DNA of 56,988 nucleotides from a virus (taxonomy: Duplodnaviria > Caudoviricetes): IMG/VR virus record IMGVR_UViG_3300009012_000001, positions 1 through 56,988 of that record; one strand, 5' to 3'. Made by a program: the position numbers and the translations under genes. Under the pieces are notes generated by a model, which saw only the letters and a list, made by a program, of their open reading frames with translations, ran no database searches and had not been told where the DNA came from. Below are positions 9,565 to 17,751 of the stretch, one piece after another (position 1 is the stretch's first letter; every line of letters begins with the position of its first letter).

Positions 9565-9786
9565 TTACGCCAATTTTCGCCAGCAGGCCGCGTAGACGGC
9601 GTCGTCCCGACAGCCCGCCAAACAATGCAGGTACACCTTCCCCCGCTGCGTTCGCACCATCAGCGACGGAATGCGGTCGTCGTGCGCGGGGCAGTGCAGC
9701 ATATGCCCGCGCGCACAAGCGCATTGTGTCTTGCCGCACCGCAGGCTGCGCAGGACCTTGTCGGTGATTCGGGTTTTCGCCGTCAC
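9565..9786 (-). CDS. Stand-alone CHC2 primase zinc-binding domain
   Basis: HCPAHDDRIPSL..YLHCLAGC; stop right after the domain. Confidence 0.7.
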   Translation of the reverse strand: MTAKTRITDKVLRSLRCGKTQCACARGHMLHCPAHDDRIPSLMVRTQRGKVYLHCLAGCRDDAVYAACWRKLA

Positions 9787-10310
9787 GCCGTCCCCAGTAT
9801 CGCGCGCTCCAGGTCCGTCAGGTCCCAGGCCGCCACGAGTTCGTAGACGTCCCCGTCGAACGGGCGCAGCAGGACCGGGTCGCGCGCCACGACGTCGCGC
9901 CATTCCGCCTCCCACAAGATGAGGTCGTCCTTGGCGGCCAGCGTGCGCACCGCCGGCGGCATGGGCGGCACCAGCGCCCTACCGGCACACCCGCCAATCA
10001 AGAGAACGCCGCGCAACAGCGTGTCGGTGTGCTTGTCGTCGGGATTTTCGTACGCGCTGACATCCGGATTCCAACGGACGCGCGCCCATGTGATTCGCGC
10101 CACCGCCAGTTTCGGGAGATGGGACGTGTTGCGACCTCCCTTGATGACGGCGTCGCGCACGTCGAGGAGCCGCGCCCCGCGCAGAATCGCCTCCGCCGCG
10201 CGCACCACGCGCCGTTCGGCCTCCGTCTCGGCCGTCGCGGGACCGCGTTCCGTCACGTACCGCCGTACCACCGATTCCGCGTCCGATACTGCAAACGTCT
10301 TCAGGTCCAT
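9783..10310 (-). CDS. Phage hypothetical protein
   Basis: PKLAVAR, ALVPPMPP, ILWEAEW, DPVLL, AAWDLTDLER. Confidence 0.7.
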   Translation of the reverse strand: MDLKTFAVSDAESVVRRYVTERGPATAETEAERRVVRAAEAILRGARLLDVRDAVIKGGRNTSHLPKLAVARITWARVRWNPDVSAYENPDDKHTDTLLRGVLLIGGCAGRALVPPMPPAVRTLAAKDDLILWEAEWRDVVARDPVLLRPFDGDVYELVAAWDLTDLERAILGTA

Positions 10311-10339
10311 CGCCCTCACCTCTCCCCTTGGATTGTGGT

Positions 10340-10861
10340 TCAGTCAACGATGTGCAACAACGTCGGCTTGCCCATCTTCGCCGCCTGCTTTGCCGTCCAG
10401 CACGCGCCGCTTTTCACATGGTCGGTGCGCCCGTCGTGGTAACAGAACGGGAACCGTCGGCCACGGTAGCCCGGCGGGTAGTCCTTGGCGACGACGACGT
10501 GGACTTCGTCGGACGCGCGGGCGATGTCCATGTCTCGGGCCTTGTAGCCGTAGTCGCGGGACCCTGGCACCGCGTCCACCTTGCCCCACGAATGAAGCAT
10601 TGGAGCCTTGATGTCCAGCGCCAGACCATATTCGCGTGCGATGTCTTCCGCCCAGATGTCCACGCCGCCCAGCGGGCTGTGGCCGGAGACGACGACAAGA
10701 CCATCGGGCGGCAGGACACGTGGGCATGCCCCAGTCAAAATTGCCACCGCGATTTTTTGCGCCGCGTCGGCGAGGATGTCCCGGATGGTCTGCTTCGCCT
10801 TCGCCGCGCGTTCCGGCGTGAACTTGTCCGCCCCGTTGCCGACGATGCCGATGGCGCGCAT
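10340..10861 (-). CDS. SLOG superfamily (YspA/DUF2493-like) protein
   Basis: IGIVG, VVSG..GGVDIWAE, GYKARD..IA, SGACWT..A..MGKP. Confidence 0.65.
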   Translation of the reverse strand: MRAIGIVGNGADKFTPERAAKAKQTIRDILADAAQKIAVAILTGACPRVLPPDGLVVVSGHSPLGGVDIWAEDIAREYGLALDIKAPMLHSWGKVDAVPGSRDYGYKARDMDIARASDEVHVVVAKDYPPGYRGRRFPFCYHDGRTDHVKSGACWTAKQAAKMGKPTLLHIVD

Positions 10862-10863
10862 GG

Positions 10864-11205
10864 TTATTCCGCGCGTTTCCCCGCCGCGATTTTCGCGTGC
10901 CATTTGGCGACCATGGCCTCGTGCCCCGCTCGGGCTTCCGCTTCCGTGGCGTAGCGGTCTATGTCCAGTTCCGTCATGTCAGTCTTGCTACGGAACACCA
11001 TCGTCTCAAAAATAATCGGCCGACTTGCCCCGCACATGAACCCGTGGTCAATCCCCAGCCAGACCGTCGAAATCCATGTCCCGTCAGGCAGGGTTGTCTG
11101 TGCGACCCGTTTGTACGTCACGTCGTGCAAGCACTTTTCAATGTCTGCGTACGCGCCGTCCGGGAATGGCGTCCCGTCGCGTCGATACCATAACGGACGA
11201 TGCAT
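10864..11205 (-). CDS. Phage hypothetical protein
   Basis: ISTVWLGIDH..PIIFETMVF..RYATEAEARAGH, a recurrent phage motif. Confidence 0.75.
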   Translation of the reverse strand: MHRPLWYRRDGTPFPDGAYADIEKCLHDVTYKRVAQTTLPDGTWISTVWLGIDHGFMCGASRPIIFETMVFRSKTDMTELDIDRYATEAEARAGHEAMVAKWHAKIAAGKRAE

Positions 11206-11209
11206 GCGG

Positions 11210-11377
11210 TCACTCCGTGTGCGGCCAGGATTGGCGGCACGCTGGGCAGACCCACGACCACCTTCGCCAGCCGCCGTGTTCTGGCCACAGGTAATGGAGA
11301 AACTCCGCCACGGTCCCGCAGGACGGGCAAACGTGCGTGGTGCGGTAGACCGCGTCGGGCAGGTCAGTCGGGGTCAT
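11210..11377 (-). CDS. Small zinc-ribbon protein
   Basis: CPSC..CPAC; ATGA overlap. Confidence 0.55.
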   Translation of the reverse strand: MTPTDLPDAVYRTTHVCPSCGTVAEFLHYLWPEHGGWRRWSWVCPACRQSWPHTE

Positions 11378-12633
11378 GGGAACAACGCCAGTTGTCCTTC
11401 CGGCCATGTAGGTGGCCGCTGGTTTTCCTCCGGCTCCGCCAAAATAGGGGTCGGGCCGCCTGCGACGACCGCGCCGTGGACGGCGGCGTCAACGGGCACG
11501 TCGGTGGCCGACTTTATGACAACCTCCAGTGGCTGCACCAAGTCTGCTTCCAGCGGCGCCAGACGTTGACGCATCAACGGGATGTAATCCGGCTGCAGGT
11601 CGATACCGATGGAGTTCCTGCCATTCTTCGCCGCAACGAGGAGCGTGGTCCCGCTGCCGGCGAATGGGTCGAGCACCGTCCCGCCAATCGGACACCCTGC
11701 GAGGATGCATGGGAAGACCAACGCTTGGGGGAATGTGGCGAAGTGCGCGTGGGAGAAGGCTTCCGTGGGAATCTCCCAGACGGTGCGTTTGTTGCGCACA
11801 TTCTGTACCTCGTCTGGATGATGGGTCCCGAATCCACGAGTACGCATCAGTTCCCTGTCCGCGCCCATAGTCAATTCGGGAGCCGTCAAGTTTTCTCGCG
11901 CTGCCCATGATTCGGATGAGTTCCACTCGCCAACCGACGGTTCCTGAATTGCCTCCGTATCGTAGTAGTATCTCTCCGCCTTCGCCAGCAAGAACAAGTA
12001 TTCGTGCGCCTTTGTCGGCCGGTCCGTCACGCTCTCCGGCATGGGGTTGGGCTTACTCCAAATGATGTCTGAGCGGAGCCACCAGCCATCCGCCTGGAGG
12101 GCGAAGGCCACGCGCCAGGGGATACCGACGAGGTCCTTTGGTTTGAGCCATGCATCGTGCTGTCCAGACGATACGGTTGAGGCGTACGAATCGCCCAGAT
12201 TGAGCCACAGTGTCCCGTCATCCCGCAGCACTCGCCGCACTCCCCTGAAAACCTCGACGAGATGATGGACGTAGAGGTCGAACGTGGGTTCGAGACCGAG
12301 GGAACCACGCCACGCATCGCATTTTTGGCAGCACGACGACGGGACGACAAACCGTTGATGCTCGTGGGGTTTCCCGCCTTCTAGCGTGCTTCCCTCGACA
12401 CCACCACCAGCCGATACTTTCTCGACATTGTCTTCCCATTGGTGGGAACATTCCATCTCCCCATCCCATATCTGCGCGACGAGTTTGTAGTCGCGCAATC
12501 CCCAGTACGGCGGCGAAGTCACCACGCAGTGGACCGATTCGTCAGGGATGGTTTTTAGTACGTCTAACACATGCCCGACGCAAATCGTGGCGCGAGAAAC
12601 AGTCTGGGAGAAGTCAGTCGGGTTCGATGCCAT
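11374..12633 (-). CDS. Beta-class N4-cytosine/N6-adenine DNA methyltransferase
   Basis: VTSPPYW, WLNLGDSY, IIWSKPNPMPESV, HFATFP, DPFAGSGTT. Confidence 0.92.
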   Translation of the reverse strand: MASNPTDFSQTVSRATICVGHVLDVLKTIPDESVHCVVTSPPYWGLRDYKLVAQIWDGEMECSHQWEDNVEKVSAGGGVEGSTLEGGKPHEHQRFVVPSSCCQKCDAWRGSLGLEPTFDLYVHHLVEVFRGVRRVLRDDGTLWLNLGDSYASTVSSGQHDAWLKPKDLVGIPWRVAFALQADGWWLRSDIIWSKPNPMPESVTDRPTKAHEYLFLLAKAERYYYDTEAIQEPSVGEWNSSESWAARENLTAPELTMGADRELMRTRGFGTHHPDEVQNVRNKRTVWEIPTEAFSHAHFATFPQALVFPCILAGCPIGGTVLDPFAGSGTTLLVAAKNGRNSIGIDLQPDYIPLMRQRLAPLEADLVQPLEVVIKSATDVPVDAAVHGAVVAGGPTPILAEPEENQRPPTWPEGQLALFP

Positions 12634-12916
12634 ATTCGTCCGTGCGATATTCGCCGTTGATGACGTCCAGCAGCAGATGCATGCGGCGGACCGCCACCGT
12701 CCCGGGCGCGACGGCCGGCGTACGCGCCGCCGTCAGGTAGACCCCGCGGCGGCTGTCCCGGCACAGCCACGCCACGGAGGACGGGGCCTGCGCATTGTAG
12801 GCCCGGATGCGTACGCATTCCAATAGGTGCGGCCGCGCGAAATCGACCAGGAAGAAGACGGCCAGAACCACTCCCAGCCACCAGCGCCGCGCGCCATCGG
12901 GGTCCAGCGGTATCAT
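12614..12916 (-). CDS. Hypothetical membrane-anchored protein
   Basis: WWLGVVLAVFFLV; ATGA coupling. Confidence 0.5.
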   Translation of the reverse strand: MIPLDPDGARRWWLGVVLAVFFLVDFARPHLLECVRIRAYNAQAPSSVAWLCRDSRRGVYLTAARTPAVAPGTVAVRRMHLLLDVINGEYRTDEYGIEPD

Positions 12917-13350
12917 AAAAATTTGGTAAGCACATGGAGACCAGATTTTGTTACCCCCGCAGAACGCCACCCCGCCTTCTTGAAACAATAACCTGGGTTC
13001 GGACTCTTGATTTTACGCGCGTCCACGAATGTCCACGCAGTGTTCTGGCCCCATTTGTCAACGGCGGCCTGCTCTGCTTCGAGGATGATATCGGATGACA
13101 GCCGCGGCGATTCGTTACGGAAAATCGTGCAATGATACCCAGCGCGGTCGTCCATCCGCAATTCTGGCCGTGGATACATCCAAACGAAGAGGACCAATCC
13201 GCTCACATCGCGTAGGACGAGTTTGCGTCCCGAGTATGCGAACTGCCGAGCTCCAACCGTGCGCCGCGAATAATGACGGTCGGCCAACTGCGCCATTTCC
13301 GCATCGAAATGGGTCGTTTTGACCAATCCCTCAAACAATGGTAATAGCAT
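12913..13350 (-). CDS. Mom-like GNAT-fold putative DNA-modifying enzyme
   Basis: ADRHYSRR, FRNES..SSDII, TFVD..K..NPGYCFKKAGW..G. Confidence 0.6.
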   Translation of the reverse strand: MLLPLFEGLVKTTHFDAEMAQLADRHYSRRTVGARQFAYSGRKLVLRDVSGLVLFVWMYPRPELRMDDRAGYHCTIFRNESPRLSSDIILEAEQAAVDKWGQNTAWTFVDARKIKSPNPGYCFKKAGWRSAGVTKSGLHVLTKFL

Positions 13351-13352
13351 TG

Positions 13353-13550
13353 TCAGGCGAGTTCATCAGGGTGGACCTCGATGACCGTGCGCTGTTCGAC
13401 GCGGTGGACGACGTTCTCGCGGCCGCCCGCATTGAAGTTCCCGAAATGCATCCCCGCCCGCCGCAGCGCGTCCGCTTCCGTGTCCGCCTCGGCGGTCCAC
13501 CCGCAGCCCTCGTGCAGGCAGGCCAACAGGTACAGGCGGCGGATTCTCAT
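13353..13550 (-). CDS. Small hypothetical protein
   Basis: ATGA coupling; CLHEGCGW..H. Confidence 0.5.
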   Translation of the reverse strand: MRIRRLYLLACLHEGCGWTAEADTEADALRRAGMHFGNFNAGGRENVVHRVEQRTVIEVHPDELA

Positions 13551-13837
13551 TCCGCGGCGGTCAAGTACCGTTGCCACGCCGCCGTGAGGGCGTCCAAATC
13601 GTCTGCCATCTTGACGGCCGACAAGTCGTAGGACGTCGTGAACCCGTACTGCCGCGCGTCCCCGTCCAGGCCCAGGACAGCCTTGCCGGTGGGATAATCC
13701 CCGTAGAGTTGGCCCAGGACGCAGCGCCAGCCGGAATGGATGTCCAACGACGCCGCGTCCACCTCCGCCCGCCACCCCGGCCGCCGCGCGTCCAGCAACG
13801 CCGCCCCCGCCCGCACCCGTTCCTCGACCGTCTTCAT
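13547..13837 (-). CDS. Phage hypothetical protein (paralog of 25571-25876)
   Basis: RVRAGAALLD..PGW..CVLGQLYG..LGL..YGF..AW. Confidence 0.7.
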   Translation of the reverse strand: MKTVEERVRAGAALLDARRPGWRAEVDAASLDIHSGWRCVLGQLYGDYPTGKAVLGLDGDARQYGFTTSYDLSAVKMADDLDALTAAWQRYLTAAE

Positions 13838-14004
13838 CGTCGTTCCCCCTTGTCGCCCGGTTTGTCCAACGTCAGCATCACCAACGCGCCCGGGATGGCG
13901 TCCTCCCGCGCGACGACCACGACGCCCCGCGCGGCGCACTGGCGGATGAACTCGTCCACGTCGACCGTCCGCGTGTCCACGGCCACCTTCATCGGGAATT
14001 TCAT
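13834..14004 (-). CDS. Small hypothetical protein
   Basis: ATGA coupling to the Ro60 stop. Confidence 0.5.
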   Translation of the reverse strand: MKFPMKVAVDTRTVDVDEFIRQCAARGVVVVAREDAIPGALVMLTLDKPGDKGERR

Positions 14005-15443
14005 TCCGCCGCGACGACCGGGGCTGCCATGTCCGTGCCATCCTTCGCCGCCGCGTAATCGCCCTCGGCCTCCTCCACGCGAATCCAATCTACGATACGG
14101 TCGCTGAACCCGTTCACGCGCGTCCAGCCCTGCCGCGTGTCCAGCGCGGGCGCGTAGGGCGCCACGTTGACCACGTAGGCGGCCCGGGTCCACGCCTTCC
14201 GGATGCCGTCATGCGCCTGTTCGTCCGTCACGACAACAACGCGGTCGAACCCAGCGGTCTTCGGCGCGATGGCCTCCAATGCCGCGTCCAGGTACGTCGC
14301 GCCGTGCCCCTGGCTGCGGTGGATGCCTTCCAGCAGGCCGAACCCGCGCAGGTTCGCCACCTCGACCGCCGCGTTGCTGAACGTCCAGACCCGGCATTCC
14401 TCGCACAGTTCGCGCAGCAGGATGGCGAGCGCCCCCGCCGTGTCGATGCGGGTCGGGACGAAGGACGGGGCGTAGCCGTGGCGCAGGCGCGCCCGCAGGC
14501 CGCCCGTGGCCATGGGGGAATCCATCGACTCGGACACGTCGACGACCAGCGCGGTGCGGCCCGCCAATGTCGGCCGTCCGGCCAGCGTCGCCACCATCGC
14601 TCGGTCCAAGGCGTCCGCGAACTTCGGGACCGCCCGGTACGCCGACACGAACTGGAACGGCAACGCCCGCGCCGTGCGGACCCGTGCCGGGTTGGTCAGC
14701 GCCTCCTCGACGATGGGCGTCGGGACGTCAGCGGCTTCCATGTTGCGCAGGTTGCGCAGCAAAGCCAGGTAGCCCAGCGACCGCTCGCGCAGCAGGCGTT
14801 CCCATGTCGCCTTCTTGTCCGCCCCGCCCGACAGCGCGACCTCCCAGGTATCCGGCGGCTCCAGTTCGCCCGCGAGCAGCGACTTCCACAGCGCCGACTG
14901 TGCCTCGTCGGCTGGCTTCGGGTGCGCCAGGCGCAGCACGTCGCGCAGCCGCACGACGCCCTCGCCGCCGCGGTCGTACTTCGCCAACTGGTAGGCGTCG
15001 AACTTGCCGAACGCCAGCGCCAAGCCGCGCTTGACCTGCGCGCTCAGTTTGGCCGGGGCGTTCGGCGTCTTGCCGTCGCCCCAGTAGAGGGCCAGGAATT
15101 CGGTGAGTTCGTCCGCGCGCCGGACGACCTGGGCCAAGGTGTCCCCGACCAGCCGCCCGCGGGACAGGCGCGCCAACTGCCGGACCAGCCACAGCGGGAC
15201 GTGGCGCAAGGAGAGGTCCGTCCGCGCCGACACCGCGATGGCCGCGACCGCGGCGGGGTCGACCCGCTCGCACAAATCCGCGATGCGGGTCGCGATGTCC
15301 GCGCCCGATTCATAGTAGGTGTCTTCCCAGAGCAGGCAGGACGCGACGGCGCGCCGCAGTTCCAGTTCTGGGGATTGCGCCATCGCCCGCCCGCCTTCGT
15401 GCGTCCGCGGCCGCGCCGCGGTCGGTCGGTTCGTCTTGGCCAT
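14001..15443 (-). CDS. rsr: Ro60/TROVE-domain RNA-binding protein with C-terminal vWA domain (480 aa)
   Basis: THEGG, CLLWEDTYYESG, VRRADELTEFLA, FDAYQLAKY, LRDVLRLAHPKP, TWEVALS, ALLRNLRN, MIDAS DVSES and TDEQ; AAGGGGG RBS. Confidence 0.93.
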   Translation of the reverse strand: MAKTNRPTAARPRTHEGGRAMAQSPELELRRAVASCLLWEDTYYESGADIATRIADLCERVDPAAVAAIAVSARTDLSLRHVPLWLVRQLARLSRGRLVGDTLAQVVRRADELTEFLALYWGDGKTPNAPAKLSAQVKRGLALAFGKFDAYQLAKYDRGGEGVVRLRDVLRLAHPKPADEAQSALWKSLLAGELEPPDTWEVALSGGADKKATWERLLRERSLGYLALLRNLRNMEAADVPTPIVEEALTNPARVRTARALPFQFVSAYRAVPKFADALDRAMVATLAGRPTLAGRTALVVDVSESMDSPMATGGLRARLRHGYAPSFVPTRIDTAGALAILLRELCEECRVWTFSNAAVEVANLRGFGLLEGIHRSQGHGATYLDAALEAIAPKTAGFDRVVVVTDEQAHDGIRKAWTRAAYVVNVAPYAPALDTRQGWTRVNGFSDRIVDWIRVEEAEGDYAAAKDGTDMAAPVVAAE

Positions 15444-15468
15444 GTCGTTTACGCCCCCTTGAATTTTT

Positions 15469-15556
15469 GCTGGCGGGGGAAAGGCGGACGGGGGTATCCG
15501 GGTGTCACCCCGGACCCTTCTGCGACGAAGTATCCCCGGCCTGCGCCACCGCCAAC
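15469..15556 (-). ncRNA. Putative Y RNA (YrlA-like, no tRNA-like domain), copy 2
   Basis: Terminal helix GUUGGCGG-U-GG/CC-CCGCCAGC; shares GUGGCGCAG, GGAUACUUCGUC and CGCCUUU(U)CCC with copy 1; directly upstream of Ro60. Confidence 0.75.
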
Positions 15557-15573
15557 GTTGGCCTGCGATGAAA

Positions 15574-15665
15574 ACCACCCGACGGGAAAAGGCGAACCCG
15601 GAGCGCCCCTTGCGGGGCATCGCGGTCAAGACGAAGTATCCGAATTCTGCGCCACGGCGGATGGC
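15574..15665 (-). ncRNA. Putative Y RNA (YrlA-like, no tRNA-like domain), copy 1
   Basis: Terminal helix GCCAUCCGCCG-U-GG/CC-CGUCGGGUGGU, inner stem GAAUUCGG/CCGGGUUC, GCCCC-GCAA-GGGGC hairpin; begins at the predicted TSS. Confidence 0.75.
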
Positions 15666-15672
15666 AGGTAGA

Positions 15673-15701
15673 ATATTACCTTATCTACCACGGGGCGTCA
15701 A
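15673..15701 (-). promoter_or_regulatory. Sigma70-type promoter of the Y RNA-Ro60 operon
   Basis: TTGACG-N17-TAATAT, overlapped by an inverted GGTAGA..TCTACC pair. Confidence 0.75.
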
Positions 15702-16039
15702 GAGGGGTCGTACCACCGCCGCCACCAGGGGATGGGTCTGGGGCGCGGGCGCCGGCGCCGCTTCCCCGACGCGCGGTTCTGGTAGGGCGGTGGGGGCATC
15801 CCCAGCGGCGGGTCGCGGAAGGCGGCCCACACCTCCGGGTCGACGCCCCACAGGCGGGCCAGGGCGTCGCGTTCCGCGCGCGCGCCGTCGAACTCGCGCG
15901 CCATTTGCTGGCGCAGCCCGTCCGGCGCCCCGGCCTCCAGCACACAGAGCAGCGCGACTTCCTCCATCGTGTACGAAGGTTTGTCCGCCAGCGGGAGCGC
16001 GGCGCGGAACAACCGCCACCACCGGCCGCGCGCGGGCAT
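15698..16039 (-). CDS. Hypothetical protein
   Basis: TAATG coupling to the recombinase stop. Confidence 0.5.
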   Translation of the reverse strand: MPARGRWWRLFRAALPLADKPSYTMEEVALLCVLEAGAPDGLRQQMAREFDGARAERDALARLWGVDPEVWAAFRDPPLGMPPPPYQNRASGKRRRRPRPRPIPWWRRWYDPS

Positions 16040-16872
16040 TAGAATGGCAACGCCTCCACCGCCGCGCGCGTCATGCGCGCCGACACGTGCGTGTAGATTT
16101 GGGTCGTAGCGATGCTGGCGTGCCCGAGTAGTTCCTGCACCACGCGGATGTCCGCCCCGCCCTCCAACGCGGCCGTGGCGAACGCGTGCCGCAGACTGTG
16201 CGGGTTCCACCGCCGCCCCAGCGCGCGCAGGGTGGCGCGGTAGCAGACCGCCTTGACCGTGGACGGGGACATCAACCGTGGCCGACCCACGCCGCGTCGA
16301 CCGGGGAACAATGGCCCGTCCGTGCGCCCCAGCGCGGCGATATGGTCCTCCAGCACCGCCAACGTGTCGCCGCTCACCGGCACGAGCCGTTCCCGGTTGC
16401 CTTTCCCCAGGACGCGCAGTTGCCGCTGCCCGCGCAGGACGTCCGCGACCTGCAGGCTGCGCGCCTCGGACGCGCGCAGGCCGCAGCGGGCCAGCAGCGT
16501 CAGCAACGCGCGGTGCCACGGGTTCTTCGTCCGGTCCAGCAGGGTCTTCACGTCGTCTGACGACGGGCAGCGCGGCAGGCGACGCGGCACGCGCGGGGCC
16601 TCCACGGCGGCGAACGGGTTGGAGGGGAACGCGGACGACGCGGCGAGGAATTTGCCGAACGACCGCAGGCAGGCGACGCGACGGGCCACCGACGACGCGG
16701 CGTTCCCGCGCGCGCGCTGCGACGCGACCCAGGACGCGGCCGCCTCCGGCGCGGCCCGGCGCCGGGCGTGCCGCACGAACTCCAGCAGGTCGCGTCGGTA
16801 TTCCGCGATGGTGCGCGGGCTCGCACCCCGCACCCCCAGCCACGCGAGGTAGGACCGGATGTGCCGCCGCAT
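16039..16872 (-). CDS. XerC/D-like tyrosine recombinase/integrase
   Basis: SAM-like N-domain; GLRASE, GKGNRERLVP, HSLRHAFAT, LLGHASIATTQIYTH. Confidence 0.93.
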   Translation of the reverse strand: MRRHIRSYLAWLGVRGASPRTIAEYRRDLLEFVRHARRRAAPEAAASWVASQRARGNAASSVARRVACLRSFGKFLAASSAFPSNPFAAVEAPRVPRRLPRCPSSDDVKTLLDRTKNPWHRALLTLLARCGLRASEARSLQVADVLRGQRQLRVLGKGNRERLVPVSGDTLAVLEDHIAALGRTDGPLFPGRRGVGRPRLMSPSTVKAVCYRATLRALGRRWNPHSLRHAFATAALEGGADIRVVQELLGHASIATTQIYTHVSARMTRAAVEALPF

Positions 16873-16889
16873 CGCCGCGGCCCCCTTTT

Positions 16890-16921
16890 AACAACGAAGG
16901 GCCGCCGTCTGGGGCGGCCCT
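16890..16921 (-). terminator. Possible intrinsic terminator just upstream of the recombinase
   Basis: AGGGCCGCC/GGCGGCCCT hairpin followed by a weak TCGTTGTT tail. Confidence 0.4.
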
Positions 16922-17003
16922 GGGCCAACGCGCGCCCGCTCTCAGGGTCCGCCGGGTCCATTGGATGCCCGTCCCCGTGGTTCCTCCTCCTCTGGGGCGG
17001 GGG

Positions 17004-17059
17004 TTGACGAGCCTTTCTACCTGTGGTATAATAGTAGGGTGGGTAGAACCCAGGGGAGG
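17004..17059 (+). promoter_or_regulatory. Consensus promoter with operator-like inverted repeat and conserved leader
   Basis: TTGACG-N17-TATAAT with TG extension; TTCTACC-N20-GGTAGAA; CCCAGGGGAGG. Confidence 0.85.
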
Positions 17060-17066
17060 CCCGACA

Positions 17067-17498
17067 ATGCCGAACCGCCATACGTTCCCCAACCCGTTTC
17101 CGGAGAAACACTGCGCCGTGCTCGCGTTCGCGTACGCCGCCGGCATGGACGAATCCCACGCCGTCAACTTGGCGAACCAGATGAAAGCGCGAAGAGGTCC
17201 CACCGGTCGCCCGTACCTGACGGCCTGCGGGGCGGCGTACAACATGCAGGCGACAACCGTCTTTCAGGAGTGGTGCATGGCGTCTGGGCTCCGGGTCGTG
17301 TCGGAACTCTGGCGCCCGCACTGCACAGTGGCCACGTTCGCCCGCCGCTACCCGGAGGGCCGATGGATTGTGTGCAGCCGCACCCACGCGGTCGCCTGCT
17401 TGGACGGCGTCTTGCACGGGTTCTGGCTGGACGGCGCCCGCGTCGTGTTCGCGCGCCGCGTGGAGCAAGTAGACGCGGGCGCGGCGAGCGTGGTATAA
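17067..17498 (+). CDS. Early protein, possible papain-like Cys-His-Asp fold
   Basis: HCAVLAFAYA..TVATFARRYPEGRWIV..HAVACLDG. Confidence 0.65.
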   Translation: MPNRHTFPNPFPEKHCAVLAFAYAAGMDESHAVNLANQMKARRGPTGRPYLTACGAAYNMQATTVFQEWCMASGLRVVSELWRPHCTVATFARRYPEGRWIVCSRTHAVACLDGVLHGFWLDGARVVFARRVEQVDAGAASVV

Positions 17499-17513
17499 TG
17501 CTAGCGGAGGTAG
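17470..17513 (+). promoter_or_regulatory. Promoter of the RHH gene
   Basis: TAGACG-N18-TATAAT (TG extension), then TAGCGGAGGTAG. Confidence 0.6.
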
Positions 17514-17521
17514 CACACCAC

Positions 17522-17725
17522 ATGGGACCGGCGACGTTGGAACGCCCGCGGACACCAAGCAGCGGGCTCCAACTCAACATCAAAGGCGTGCCGCCAGACC
17601 TGATGCGGGCCATGCGCATCGCCGCCGCCACCGAGGGACGGTCGATGAGCAAGGTCGTGGTCGGGCTGATTGACCATTACCTGCAGGAGCGCCACCCGGA
17701 CATCCTGCGCAAGACGAAACGGTAG
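17522..17725 (+). CDS. Ribbon-helix-helix (Arc-like) DNA-binding protein
   Basis: QLNIKGVPPDLMRAMRIAAATEGRSMSKVVVGLI. Confidence 0.8.
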   Translation: MGPATLERPRTPSSGLQLNIKGVPPDLMRAMRIAAATEGRSMSKVVVGLIDHYLQERHPDILRKTKR

Positions 17726-17751
17726 GGGTCCGGACCAAGGGGGGAACGCGA

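Noticed and set aside
15469-15665. tRNA genes
   Set aside because: No T-loop GTTCRA or cloverleaf; better explained as Y-like RNAs. No tRNA was recognised elsewhere
16885-16900. dif-like or attP site near the recombinase (TTGTTAAAA on the minus strand)
   Set aside because: Only a partial XerD-arm resemblance with no partner arm; attP cannot be located from this sequence
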